Below the pieces are notes generated by a model. The model ran no database searches. It was not told the origin of the DNA and saw only the letters and a program-made list of their open reading frames with translations. A DNA stretch of 63,997 bases, the filler included, from Licmophora abbreviata (taxonomy: Eukaryota): the NCBI GenBank assembly GCA_900291995.1. It is 12 parts of 12 records of this genome, joined end to end, with 100 filler letters (N's around TTAATTAATTAA, not from the genome) between each part and the next. Parts side by side here need not be neighbours in the genome. Positions count along the whole stretch, not along the records: positions 17,338 to 28,324 come from OLMU01002959.1; positions 28,425 to 37,386 come from OLMU01002960.1; 10 more parts are not named here. One strand, written 5' to 3'. Both the position numbers and the translations under genes were made by a program. Shown here in pieces: positions 23,006 to 33,913 of this stretch. Every line of letters starts with the position of its first letter. The first letter of the stretch is position 1.

Positions 23006-25532
23006 ATGCTACACACATTCTCCAATGCGGATTCGCAGAACGCAAGACGACTCGAACGCGATCGTCACTTGGCGCGAATGGAGGAGCTCGCCTCGCAGCA
23101 TCTCTGGGGAGACGACGAGGATGTCTTCAATCTCGCGCCGGTTGCACTCGCTAATGGCGAACACTATCCTCACGACACTTCTGTCGGCTCCGTCGCTGGC
23201 ACTCACTGCGTGAGGCGCCGTGCTCTCGTCTCTGCAGCTATCTGTCTACTCGCGTTGGTCGCCACTATCCTGGGATTTTCACTCGGACTTCACGAGGGCG
23301 ACATGTCATTCTTTGATACCACTGTAGCTCCAGAAGTATCGCCGGAGGAGCGCTTGCGCAGGAGATACGATCACATTCTTTCAACAGTACTTGATTGGGA
23401 TTTGACATCGCACGAAGCATTTCAAGACAATAAAACTGCGGCAGCTAGAGCCCTAGAATGGATTGTCTTCAGCAACACCCCAGAAATGAACACAGAAGTC
23501 ATACGGACACGCTATGCTCTGGCAACGTTGTACTTCAGCACACACAACATTGAGTCCGAAAACGGCCTAGTGTCCTTGTGGCACGAGCGAACGCACTGGC
23601 TCTCATCTTATCCCGTCTGCTTGTGGCATGGAGTTGACTGCCACGACGAAGACAATACTCTTGAGCGTGTCGTAAGCGTAAACTTGACGTCCAACGGGCT
23701 GGGTGGCACTCTGCCTCCCGAGATCGGGCTTCTTCAACTGGACATTCGCTCGCTCGATCTAGGCTACAACAGTATCACCGGACCGCTTCCTACCGCACTG
23801 TTGACCATGCGAAACTTGGGTGAGTGGGAGAAAGCTCGAAAGATAGCAAACGACTTCGACTCACATGACATTGCCCATTCGCCTATGAACATATTTAGTG
23901 GAGCTTTACATTGGACCGAATCTTTTCACAGGCTCTCTCCCGTTTGATATGGGCGTGCTTCGGCACTTGACGCATCTATATATGAATGATTGTTCGTTTT
24001 CTGGATTGATCCCTGAATCGATTGGCGATCTGACGCAACTCGGTAAGTACGCTATGTCTTACCAGTCGCGATGGGCGGAAATTCTCACTGGAGCATAATG
24101 TATGTCACTTATTTTTCTTGAAGTTGAGCTTGGGTTGTACGACAATATGCTGAGTGGGAGCATACCCGAGGGGCTCGGTAACTTGAAAAGTATCCGTAAG
24201 TCATGTCTACCCTGCACCTCTGATCGCTCGTCAAATCTACTAAGTATACAGTCGTGTCTGTTTATCTTTCATCAGGCGCTCTCTATTTCGACGAGAACTT
24301 GATCGTTGGAACACTACCGTCCTCTCTTGGTCGCCTCTCAACATTGGGTAAGTTGCTTACAAACAGCCAGAAACATCGTTGTCGCATGATGGTCTTGTGG
24401 TTCACCTATCAAGTCTTCCATCTCTGTTCAGTCGATTTTCGTTTCCGCAAGAATAAGGTCGGTTGATTGTTTCCTCTCGGCATGTACATTCATTGAATCG
24501 GGAGGGCTCATGTTTAACTTGTGTCCGTTGTTCGCGCAGATATTTGGTCGCATACCATATTCTTTCAAACAAATGACCAGTCTCCGTAAGTTCATAACAT
24601 CGGGGCCTAAACCTGCCACACAAGTCATGTATTGTCCATCCAGCCCTAACCGCGTCTACCATCCAAACGCAGAGGTCCTCTACCTCGACAGCAACGAGCT
24701 CACAGGAACAATCTCAGGGGAACTCCTCGGATCATTGAGAGTTCTGCGTGAGTAAATAGTAAATAGAGCATGTCGCCCTCCCGTGCCTTACGAAATGTAC
24801 TCATCATTGATCCTCCGTCGTATCGATGACACACAGGCGAGCTGCATATCTATAAGAATCATATCACGGGGACGATCCCTCACGAGGTGGGAGGACTTCT
24901 TCTTCTTGGTAAGTTCGACAGTGTCCATGTATAACACTCGACAAGATCGTTCGACTTGGTCGCTTACCGCTCGCCTCCCTGACGCTACCAAGGCGTCTTG
25001 TATCTCGACAATAATGAGCTGTTCGGTCCCATTCCTGAGACCATCACCAATCTTCGACACATCGAGTCGCTCTATCTGTTTCACAATAGACTGAGTGGTA
25101 CGATTCCGTATCAGGTTGGCACGATGGGAAAGCTTGGTAAGAGCCGACCTGTGCAGTGACTCCAGTTTTTCAAAGTACGTCCATTTTCATATATTATCCT
25201 CTTCCTCTCCAATTTCTTGTAAACGGCAACTGCTAGAGAGCTTGAGGCTCAACTCAAACAATCTGTCGGGAACCTTACCGCCTGAGCTGTCGGCTCTAAG
25301 TCGGCTTGAGACTCTTTTCCTCCACGAAAATGGACTGCAAGGAACAGTTCCGCCCGAGTGGGGAGACATGGTGTCGCTCGAAAGACTCCACCTGCATGGA
25401 AACATGATAAATGGCACCATGCCGCCTCCCGTCTGCACCCTAAAACACCGTGAACTCGAGGATCTCACTGCGGACTGTGACGGCGCAGAATCACACGAGA
25501 TCGAATGTGAATGTTGCACTGAGTGTTATTGA
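23006..25532 (+). CDS. Type II membrane LRR receptor-like protein, 10 exons
   Basis: TM segment, RYALATLYFST, W...VCLWHGVDC LRR N-cap, plant-type LRRs (LxLxxNxLxGxIP) and C-terminal ECECCTECY cap. Exon map is given in findings. Confidence 0.88.
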
Positions 25533-26009
25533 GGCGTCGTGAGCTTCTCTGACATGGCAATCTGATCTGAAGTACACGTGTTTCATGAACAATGAACGCG
25601 TTGTGATTGATTATATAACGGATACAGTGGCGAAGGATACTGAGATCGTCTGGTCGGTCTTGTAAAGCCACACTTCCTCACGCGTTGAGCGTTGTGTGAG
25701 CGAATAATTCTCAGCGATAGTTTGATATTGAAAGCAAGAGGTTTACATATATTATCCAAAAGCCTTCGTATATGGTTGAATGCAAATGATCGCTATCGCG
25801 CCGGGTGGCCTTCGAATATTCGATCGGTCCAGAATTGTGATGACCCTTTGAAGCAATGCTCACAAGATTCACCGAGCGGAGAGTTCATACAAGCGGATAA
25901 GATTCCTCTCATCATTACCAGAGAGCCACTCTACCGGAATCTTGAAGTCGGAATCACTTCACTGGTGCCGATTGATGCCGATCCCGCACGAAAGAACCAC
26001 ATCGCTACC

Positions 26010-27182
26010 ATGACGCCGACTCGCCGCCACATACTGATGGTGCTGCCTGCATGCCTCCTTTGTCTCCTTCCAACCTCCTGCGCTGATCCAATCTTGACGC
26101 AGGATTTGGTACATCTCATCTCTAGGGCGGCTCAACTTAGCAATCAGATCTACCTGTCTACGGAACTGGAAGCGGCTTCAACATACATCGATGAGCCGAA
26201 CAAGGCTATGTTTATTAGAGACTACAATGTCTGCTGGGGCGTATTTCGAGGGACGATAAACCGAGTGGATGACTGGTTGCAGAACATTGATATACGTCCT
26301 GACGATATTTGTTCACAATATTCTGGTGCATGCTGCACCACAAGAGCAGGGTTTGTGCGCGCCTACGAGGCGTCTTATGCAAGCCAGTTCGAGCAGGATT
26401 TACGTGGCTGTGCTTCCCAGTGCCCAGATTGTGATGTAGTTCTGACGGGTCACAGTCAAGGAGGAGCGGTGGCCGCATTAGCAGCAATAGTATTGGATGA
26501 CTTAGATCCAACGATTATCACTTTCGGACAACCGGGAACGATCATACGCTCATGCCCTCTAATCAACACGAGCAAATACTATCGCTTCCAGAACACTGCG
26601 TACAGCGCAAACTCAGGGTCACTCGCTTATGATATAGTTGGCTTTACGAACCTGCAAGATAAAATGGGAAACAAGTTCTTGCTAGGCGAAGATCCGGTTG
26701 GACTACCGTACTATGAAGATGGCAAGTCGACTGGTTGGCGCAAAGCCAGCTGGCTTACCGCCAGCGCCCACGACATGAGCTGGTACCTGCAACGGTTTTA
26801 TGCTTTTCTTCAGAGCAATATCTTTCCCCTTGGGACGAGCGGTTGGAGTATTGGCTACGCCTGTCACCTCGACACAGAGTGCATCTATCCGAATCAATGT
26901 GTGAACAATCAGTGCCATTCCAGTCTCAACGGCGACCCATGCAACAAAGATAGCGATTGTGACTCTGGTCGTTGTGAAGGTTTCGTCACCTCTGTTTGGT
27001 CTGGTAAATGTGAGGCGCAAACACCCGACGGCCTGAGATGCAACGAAGACTCGGATTGCATCTCGGGCAACTGTAGCTGGCGGTGGCTCTGTGAAGCTCG
27101 GAGGGAAAACGGGTCATGGTGCAGTCAGGATTCTGCGTGTATCTCCGACAATTGCAACTGGCGCCGATGGAAATGTAGCTAG
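26010..27182 (+). CDS. Secreted class-3 lipase with C-terminal Cys-rich repeats
   Basis: Signal peptide, VFRGT...DW, TGHSQGGAVA nucleophile elbow, ITFGQP, YDIV and AHDM. Four C-x2-D-x2-C repeats follow. Confidence 0.85.
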   Translation: MTPTRRHILMVLPACLLCLLPTSCADPILTQDLVHLISRAAQLSNQIYLSTELEAASTYIDEPNKAMFIRDYNVCWGVFRGTINRVDDWLQNIDIRPDDICSQYSGACCTTRAGFVRAYEASYASQFEQDLRGCASQCPDCDVVLTGHSQGGAVAALAAIVLDDLDPTIITFGQPGTIIRSCPLINTSKYYRFQNTAYSANSGSLAYDIVGFTNLQDKMGNKFLLGEDPVGLPYYEDGKSTGWRKASWLTASAHDMSWYLQRFYAFLQSNIFPLGTSGWSIGYACHLDTECIYPNQCVNNQCHSSLNGDPCNKDSDCDSGRCEGFVTSVWSGKCEAQTPDGLRCNEDSDCISGNCSWRWLCEARRENGSWCSQDSACISDNCNWRRWKCS

Positions 27183-27396
27183 TCTCCGAAATCATCTATA
27201 GATGTGCGACCTATAACTGTACAGTGCAACGCGAGTGAGGCATGCTATGCTTGTCTTGTATAAAAGGAAGCGAGCGAAATGTTCGCTATCGCTCGAAAAA
27301 TGATTCATGAGGGGCGATGGAAAGATGGAAAGAGGAAATGGTACAATTAAATATCTAGAGGTCTAATCTCAATCTCGGCATTGAGCTTTTCGAAAC

Positions 27397-29001
27397 TCAT
27401 CCTTTTAGAGTTGGTATAAATGGCAGCCCTGCAACCGCAGCAAACACCGCTGATCCCGTGCCACTCATTTCCAGTACCATTAGTACACATTCGAATCCAA
27501 TGAGTACGATGATGATCCATTCAAGCGTGTTCGATTTGTGGTTGTGAAGAACCTCCAAGAAGAATTTTGCGTTTTGCTATTTGTCGATGGAAGAGAGAAA
27601 GCGCGATGTTCGAACCGGTCAGTCAGTTATCGGCAGCAATACCGCGCCCGCCCCCACAACACTTGGTACAATAGTAAACACCATGAGAACGCACCTGAAT
27701 CATATCCAGCTTGAACTCAATGTTCTCAAACCGATCGTCAATTTCGAACTCTTCTTTCATCCCAGCATGAACTCGTTCGAACTGACTGAAATTCCAAGCC
27801 GTGTCACTTCGGTCCTTGATTCCCAGTTTGCTGATCATGTCGATGAAAATACTATTGTTCTGCGCCACTACACGGAACAAGGAATTCTTTTCCATGTCCG
27901 TAAATCTCCCAGTTCGTGTCACAATACTGTTGATGGAAGCAAAGTTGACCAAAAGCTCGTCGACAATGTCACTGTAGGAATCGAGAGCTGTCGTCTGCGC
28001 CATGATCTGTGAGATGACGGCGACGCTGTTCATTTCGAGTGAAGGCACGACGCAAAAGTCACCGCTGACTACAGGTAGTTCGGTGCTATGGGCCGAATTC
28101 TCATCAATCAACACTTCAAAGTGCTCTTTCCGCTCAAAGCCGGCAGCTACAGGTTCTGTAGAGTGTTTTTTGATATCTTCGAGCAGCTTGCCCGAATCAC
28201 GGGGTGACAAGCCGAACGTGACGACGGATCCAAAACGATAGACGGCAACAAACCTCGACGGATCATCTTCCTCCAAAGCAGGCAATTGAACAATGACACT
28301 GCCTTTCCCAAACATATGTCGAATNNNNNNNNNNNNNNNNNNNNNNNNNNNNNNNNNNNNNNNNNNNNTTAATTAATTAANNNNNNNNNNNNNNNNNNNN
28401 NNNNNNNNNNNNNNNNNNNNNNNNATTGAACAATGACACTGCCTTTCCCAAACATATGTCGAATCGGGGGACCGGCGAGCGAGACGCCAAACACTTTGGA
28501 AAGAACAGCTACTACATCGATAGTTTGCGCCGCATGGACCGACTTGACTCGCACACTCATGGAATCATGCTGAAGAGGATACAAGTATCTCCGACTTAAG
28601 TTTCGCTCTGCGTGGAGTGCAGCCAAGGAATTCTCGCGTCGCTGTCGAAAGGAGGCTCGTCGTCGCTGCCGCGGCGTCTGACGAGAAGTAGTCGGTCGGA
28701 TCCTGCTGTTCACTACCCCGAGCCGCCGTAATGCTCGCTGCTGCGGAGTCAAGAGTCCATTGACACTTTCAGACGGCGACTGCAATGTATCGGCTTCCGA
28801 TGGATCACTTTTGGAAGAAACCTTGGTCAGAAACTTGGAAAGCTGGTGAAAGGAGGCCGCTGACATATGGCGCGGCGCGGAAGGGTTTCGGACGGCAATT
28901 GTGGCAGTGCTCTGTCCAATCGCTGGCCTCTTTTCTCGAGCCAAGGATCTCAACAGTGTCTGTCTGGTACCAGAAGCAGCCCGATTTATTAGCATCGACA
29001 T
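27397..29001 (-). CDS. RMND1: DUF155 / RMND1-Rmd1 family protein, split by a false gap
   Basis: VYRFGSVVTFG, ISQIMAQTTALDSY, EFEIDDRFENIEFKL and SNTLEWIIIVLI. Intron 27694-27577. 40-nt overlap across the gap. Confidence 0.8.
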
Positions 29002-29118
29002 CCTTATCCCCAATCTTTCGGCCGGTGCACCTTCATCAACGATACAGGCACAGCCGCCGGAGTCAATCGCAAGAATGTCATCGCGTCCACAAGGTCCTCT
29101 CTCAGACACCCATGATTC

Positions 29119-29161
29119 TGGCCATCGCCCGTACGTGATGTCACTCGTGACCTGACTCACA
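29119..29161 (+). promoter_or_regulatory. 43-bp duplicated upstream element, copy 1
   Basis: TGGCCATCGCCCGTACGTGATGTCACTCGTGACCTGACTCACA; 41/43 identical to 31258-31300. Confidence 0.7.
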
Positions 29162-29281
29162 AAATAAAGGCCTTATTTTGCAAGAAGAGCCTCATCTCGA
29201 GAATCATCAACTTACTTTCTTGTGTGTTGGTTGACAGTCTGGAACCTCACTACTATCACACTCGTCCTTAGCAATACCATC

Positions 29282-31097
29282 ATGAAGACAACGGAAGAAG
29301 AGCCGCAGAAGGATCCAGAGGCACCGCAGCCAGAGCAAGAGAAGGAAGGGAATCAGCAGAAACGGCGCAAACTTGAGGAACCTTCGGCATGCCAGAACGA
29401 TCAGCAGCATGAGTCGAACGTTGGCGGTTGTCCTCCACCGCCGCCGCCAAACAGAATGAAAGTGACCGTGCTGTCAGGATTTCTTGGTGCTGGAAAGACT
29501 ACGCTGCTCAAACGGATCTTGCTCCTCAACAACGACAGGAGTGGAGCCGACAAACTCAACATGGCGGTGTTGGTGAATGACATGGGGGAGATCAATTTAG
29601 ATGCAGACGAAATTCGACAGTCCAAAGTGGTGCAAGAGGAGAGTCGTATGGTGGAACTGCACAATGGCTGTATTTGTTGTACACTCAGAGGCGATTTACT
29701 AAAAACAGTCAAGGAGCTGGGTGAATCAGGCAAGTATGATTACCTAGTCATTGAATCTACGGGGATTGGTGAGCCTCTTCCCGTGGCCCAGACGTTCACC
29801 ATGGATTTGGACGACATCATGGCAGACGAGGAGGAAGAGAGCGATAAAAAGGACGACGGGATCCAGGGACCGAAAAAACTGAACGTGGCTACGGATCCCC
29901 ACAAGTCGCTGTCGCACTATGCCACGTTGGACACCCTCGTGACGGTGGTCGATGCTCTGAACATTTACGACGTGTTGGGATCGATCGAGACGCTGGCGGA
30001 TGCTAATAATATCTCTGGCATGACGGGCAACACAGGAGCATCAATTCTAGAGAATGATGAAAACAAGCAAGATGCTGCCACACTGACTCTGGACCCATCC
30101 GGTCTTTCGGTAGCTGAGCTGCGTGATGAGCTCTCCCATCGTGAGCTAGACACCCAGGGTGACCAATCTGTGCTGGTCGAACGTTTGACTCAAGCACTCC
30201 AAGAAGAGCAAGAGAACGAAAATGATGACCCGGAGATTGATGACCGCCCCGTGACACAGTTGTGGTTGGACCAAATAGAATTTGCCAATGTTGTGGTGGT
30301 GAGCAAGGCTTCGTTGTTGAAGAAGGAAGATCGTCAAGCCCGACTCGGAGAAATTGATTCACTCATCCGGAGATTGAATCCCAAGGCTCAGATTCTGATT
30401 CCACTGGTCGACCAATATGGGGACTTTGGATGTCTCTGAGACTCTCATCAACACCGGACTTTTCCAGATGGATGAAGCCATGGTCTCTACGGGTTGGATG
30501 AAGGAGCTAGAAAAAGAGGAACACACACCCGAGACGGAAGAATACGGCATCTCCACCACGACATTTAGAGCCAACCACATGCCCTTTCATCCCGAACGAC
30601 TTAACGCGATCTTGGGACCTCGAAATGGCTTTGGAGAATATGGTTCATCTGGTAGCACCAAAGACGACAGTGTCGCTGTTCCGGTGGCTCATGAAGCATT
30701 TCGAGGGGTCGTGCGATCCAAAGGATTGATTTGGTTGGCGAACGCCAATGGATATCCATTGAACTTTCAATCGGCTGGGAAACACTCTGAACTCAAAATG
30801 GATGAAACGCCTTTCCTGGCTGCAATGGATCGACGTGATTGGGAAGAGGACGAAGAAGAGCTTCACAGCAGTCTGGTGAAGGACGGTTTATGGAACGAGA
30901 AGTTCGGCGACCGTCGGAGCCAATTGGTCTTTATCGGCGTTGGTTTGAACAAGAAGTTAATTCACAACACGCTCAACGCCGCGCTGATGACAGAAGAAGA
31001 GAGCGCTGCGCTTGGTGGTGTGGAAGGATGGAGGAAGTTGACAGACCCTATCTTTGATGGTGGTGCGCAAGAGTTCTTTGAGGTCCAGCTAGAATAA
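29282..31097 (+). CDS. COG0523/CobW-family metal-chaperone GTPase with SAP insertion; frameshift at ~30425
   Basis: GFLGAGKT Walker A, VNDMGEINLD, GCICCTLRGDL, IESTGIGEPLPVA and DQIEFAN. The CobW_C domain (PFHPERL, RSKGLIWLA, GDRRSQLVFIG) lies in a second frame. Confidence 0.9.
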
Positions 31098-31257
31098 TCT
31101 TAAGTATGAAAGGTCCGCAACCTTATTCGAGGGATACACGTTCGTCTACAGCTCTAGTGACCGCAACTCTAGAGTGGACCAGTGACAAAGAAGACTACCG
31201 CAGTATATCTGCGCTGTCTTTCATGCCGGTGCATGCTAGCAAACCATGAGGGACTGA

Positions 31258-31300
31258 TGGCCATCGCCCTTAAGTGATGTCACTCGTGACCTGACTCACA
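31258..31300 (+). promoter_or_regulatory. 43-bp duplicated upstream element, copy 2
   Basis: TGGCCATCGCCCTTAAGTGATGTCACTCGTGACCTGACTCACA. Confidence 0.7.
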
Positions 31301-31402
31301 CGAATTTTGAACCTCGGCGATGTCGGCGGCGAAGCGCGCCACAAGACGCAGACGCCGGCGAGATGATGCGGCAACCGATTCATAAATTCCAGAACAACCA
31401 CG

Positions 31403-32533
31403 ATGTTCACAGCATTCCACAAACCACACTTTGCATCGTTATTGCGTATCATCAGCGCTGCTCTTCTGCTTTCATCAGCCTGCCACTATTCGCCTGCGAC
31501 TGCCTTTGCTCAACAATTTGTTTCATCTCAAACAGCATCACAACAACAACGAAGCACTTGTCCCGCACCAGACACACCCGATACAGCAAGTATGACTTCC
31601 AAATTACGCTCTGTCCGACGTGTTCTGCCTGCTCCCTCCCAACACTGGGTCGGTGACGGCTTCAAGGTATTTCCAGTTTTCGCCGACCTGGCCTTTAAGA
31701 AGGATCTCTCTCCTCTCTTGATGTTCGACTATGCCGCACCGACGGAATTTCCGGCACGCCCCAACCAGCGACCACTCGGCGTCGGTCGCCACCCTCACAA
31801 GGGATTCGAGACTGTCACGATTGCTTTTCAAGGCGAGGTGGAGCATAAGGACAGTACTGGCAAGTCAGGCGTCATTGGACCCGGCGACGTGCAGTGGATG
31901 ACGGCGGGACGCGGCATAGTTCATGAGGAACATCACTCGCACGACTTCACCGAAAAGGGAGGAACGTTCGAAATGTGCCAACTCTGGGTCAATCTTCCCA
32001 AAAAGTACAAGCAGGCCAAGGCGGGCTATCAAGAGATCTTGAACAAGAAAATTCCTGTCGTATCGCTGCCGCTACGTACTGCCGACGACGATGACGATCA
32101 AGATGCTCTCGGGTCAGCTCGCATCATTGCCGGAGAGCTCGGGACCACGAAGGGTGCGGCAAGTACGTTTTCGCCAGTCCAAATGTGGGACATTTCTCTT
32201 CCACATGCTGGTGCTGAGATCGATCTTCCCTTCCCCGCGCAACACAACTGCATTGTCTTTGTGCGCCGAGGTAGTGTCGAAGTACTCAGCGGTGACGAGG
32301 GTGACAGTAAACTCGAGGCGAACAAGCTGGGGCCGCAGGACGTGGCTCTCATGCGCAATGACGGAGGACAGAAGCTGCGCCTTCGTGTGAACAAGTCTGA
32401 TTCGAGTGTATTGATTATGGGAGGAGAGCCTATCGACGAGCCAATCGCTGCGCAGGGGCCTTTTGTGATGAACACGAACGATGAAATCTACAAGGCCATG
32501 CAGGAGTACCGCAGTGGCAAGATGGGACGCTGA
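31403..32533 (+). CDS. Pirin family bicupin (possible signal/transit extension; alternative ATG 31592)
   Basis: HWVGDGF, HPHKGFETVT, GDVQWMTAGRGIVHEE, QLWVNLP and EPIAAQGPFVMN. Confidence 0.93.
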   Translation: MFTAFHKPHFASLLRIISAALLLSSACHYSPATAFAQQFVSSQTASQQQRSTCPAPDTPDTASMTSKLRSVRRVLPAPSQHWVGDGFKVFPVFADLAFKKDLSPLLMFDYAAPTEFPARPNQRPLGVGRHPHKGFETVTIAFQGEVEHKDSTGKSGVIGPGDVQWMTAGRGIVHEEHHSHDFTEKGGTFEMCQLWVNLPKKYKQAKAGYQEILNKKIPVVSLPLRTADDDDDQDALGSARIIAGELGTTKGAASTFSPVQMWDISLPHAGAEIDLPFPAQHNCIVFVRRGSVEVLSGDEGDSKLEANKLGPQDVALMRNDGGQKLRLRVNKSDSSVLIMGGEPIDEPIAAQGPFVMNTNDEIYKAMQEYRSGKMGR

Positions 32534-32619
32534 TAAAAGAGACGCCTTATACAATATGACACTGTTAAAAGTCACTGGTTCGCTGTAGAAAGAATAACTT
32601 CCAAAGTATCACTTCATCA

Positions 32620-33651
32620 TCACTTCGATTTCCTCGCCTTTTTCGTAGTTCGCTGGTCGCCTGACGTAGACGACTCATTGTTGTAGAAATCGACAGTGTC
32701 GGCGGCTTTCCACATGTAAAAAGACAGCAAAGAATGATAGGGAGAAAAACATTCAACCTTCTTGTGAATACGATCCACGTCCTTCTTTTGGCAGAGCTCG
32801 CCGCGCTTGCCGCTTCCTCGAAGACGAAAGTGATTTGTCAAGCCCTTTCGCACTCCCAAATCACCCAACGGAAGAATATTAGGGCGCTCGAGGGTGAACA
32901 TAGCAAACATGTCACACGACCACGGTCCTATGCCACGCACTTTCAACAAAGCTTCTCGAACGTCATCATCGTCGGCCCTATTGTTCCCGAGAAAGTCTTC
33001 CGTCAAATCTCCGCGGTCAAAGTGTTTCGCCAAGTCGACAATCGCCAGAGCCTTGGCCTTGGAGAGCCCCGCCGGTTTCCGCAAACTCTCTTCCAAGTCT
33101 TCTCCCGCCAACTCGAGGATTGCGCTTGGCGTCAAGTTGGAGTTCGTGGTATCCAAAAGTCGTCTCCAGATGGCTTGTGCCGCAGCACCGGCGAGCTGCT
33201 GACCTGCTACAATGCGACAGAGCGACTGAAAGGAACTCGTCGGCGCTTTCATGTTGTCCGTGCTACTGTTCGTTGTCTCATCTTTCTCATGTCGGCAGTG
33301 CTTGGTCGTAGTACTACTAGGTATTGAGTAGAACGATGGTGGACCGTGTCGCTGCACCAAGGGAAGCAAACTCTGATTGTGCGCTTGACAAATCAAGAGT
33401 AGGCCCTCGCGCAAGCACCAGCCGCCGCTTGTGACTGTAGTCTCCACAATGCCGGCGTCTCTCAATACTTGATCCACAATATCGTTCACTGTTGTGTGCG
33501 ATACAGTGTTGATAGCGCTCTTTGCATTTAGCAGAGGCTCGGGGCTTATTATCGCAGCAGTAGGCGGTGCTCGTTCCGTTGCAGCAGCCGCTGATGATGC
33601 CGCAGACCGCGTCAATCGTCGTTTGCTTTTTGCCGGAGTAGAGAATGTCAT
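32620..33651 (-). CDS. DNA-3-methyladenine glycosylase (HhH-GPD, AlkA/Mag1-like)
   Basis: IVAGQQLAGAAA, GLSKAKA, LLKVRGIGPWS and LPLGDLGVRKG. Confidence 0.88.
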   Translation of the reverse strand: MTFSTPAKSKRRLTRSAASSAAAATERAPPTAAIISPEPLLNAKSAINTVSHTTVNDIVDQVLRDAGIVETTVTSGGWCLREGLLLICQAHNQSLLPLVQRHGPPSFYSIPSSTTTKHCRHEKDETTNSSTDNMKAPTSSFQSLCRIVAGQQLAGAAAQAIWRRLLDTTNSNLTPSAILELAGEDLEESLRKPAGLSKAKALAIVDLAKHFDRGDLTEDFLGNNRADDDDVREALLKVRGIGPWSCDMFAMFTLERPNILPLGDLGVRKGLTNHFRLRGSGKRGELCQKKDVDRIHKKVECFSPYHSLLSFYMWKAADTVDFYNNESSTSGDQRTTKKARKSK

Positions 33652-33913
33652 CCCTGCTCTTTTAATCGTCCCACTCGCGAAGGGTTTCAGGTTTTCAGGC
33701 AAGAGTGCGGCAGTAATGACGCAGAACAGGCGCATGTAGAATGCAAAAGAGAATGTATGCGACCCGCAGAGGACTCACAACAACACAGAGTGAGTGTTGT
33801 GAGAGTGCGGTCGCCATTTTGATTTTGATCTAGTACAAAATTGGCGTAGATTTCTACAGCAAACTGCGAATTTGCAAGTTCCAAACTCCAAAAACCCGCC
33901 CTGGATCGCGACC

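Noticed and set aside
28285..28464. 40-nt direct repeat flanking the gap in the DUF155 gene
   Set aside because: Exact contig-end overlap; merging restores one ORF.
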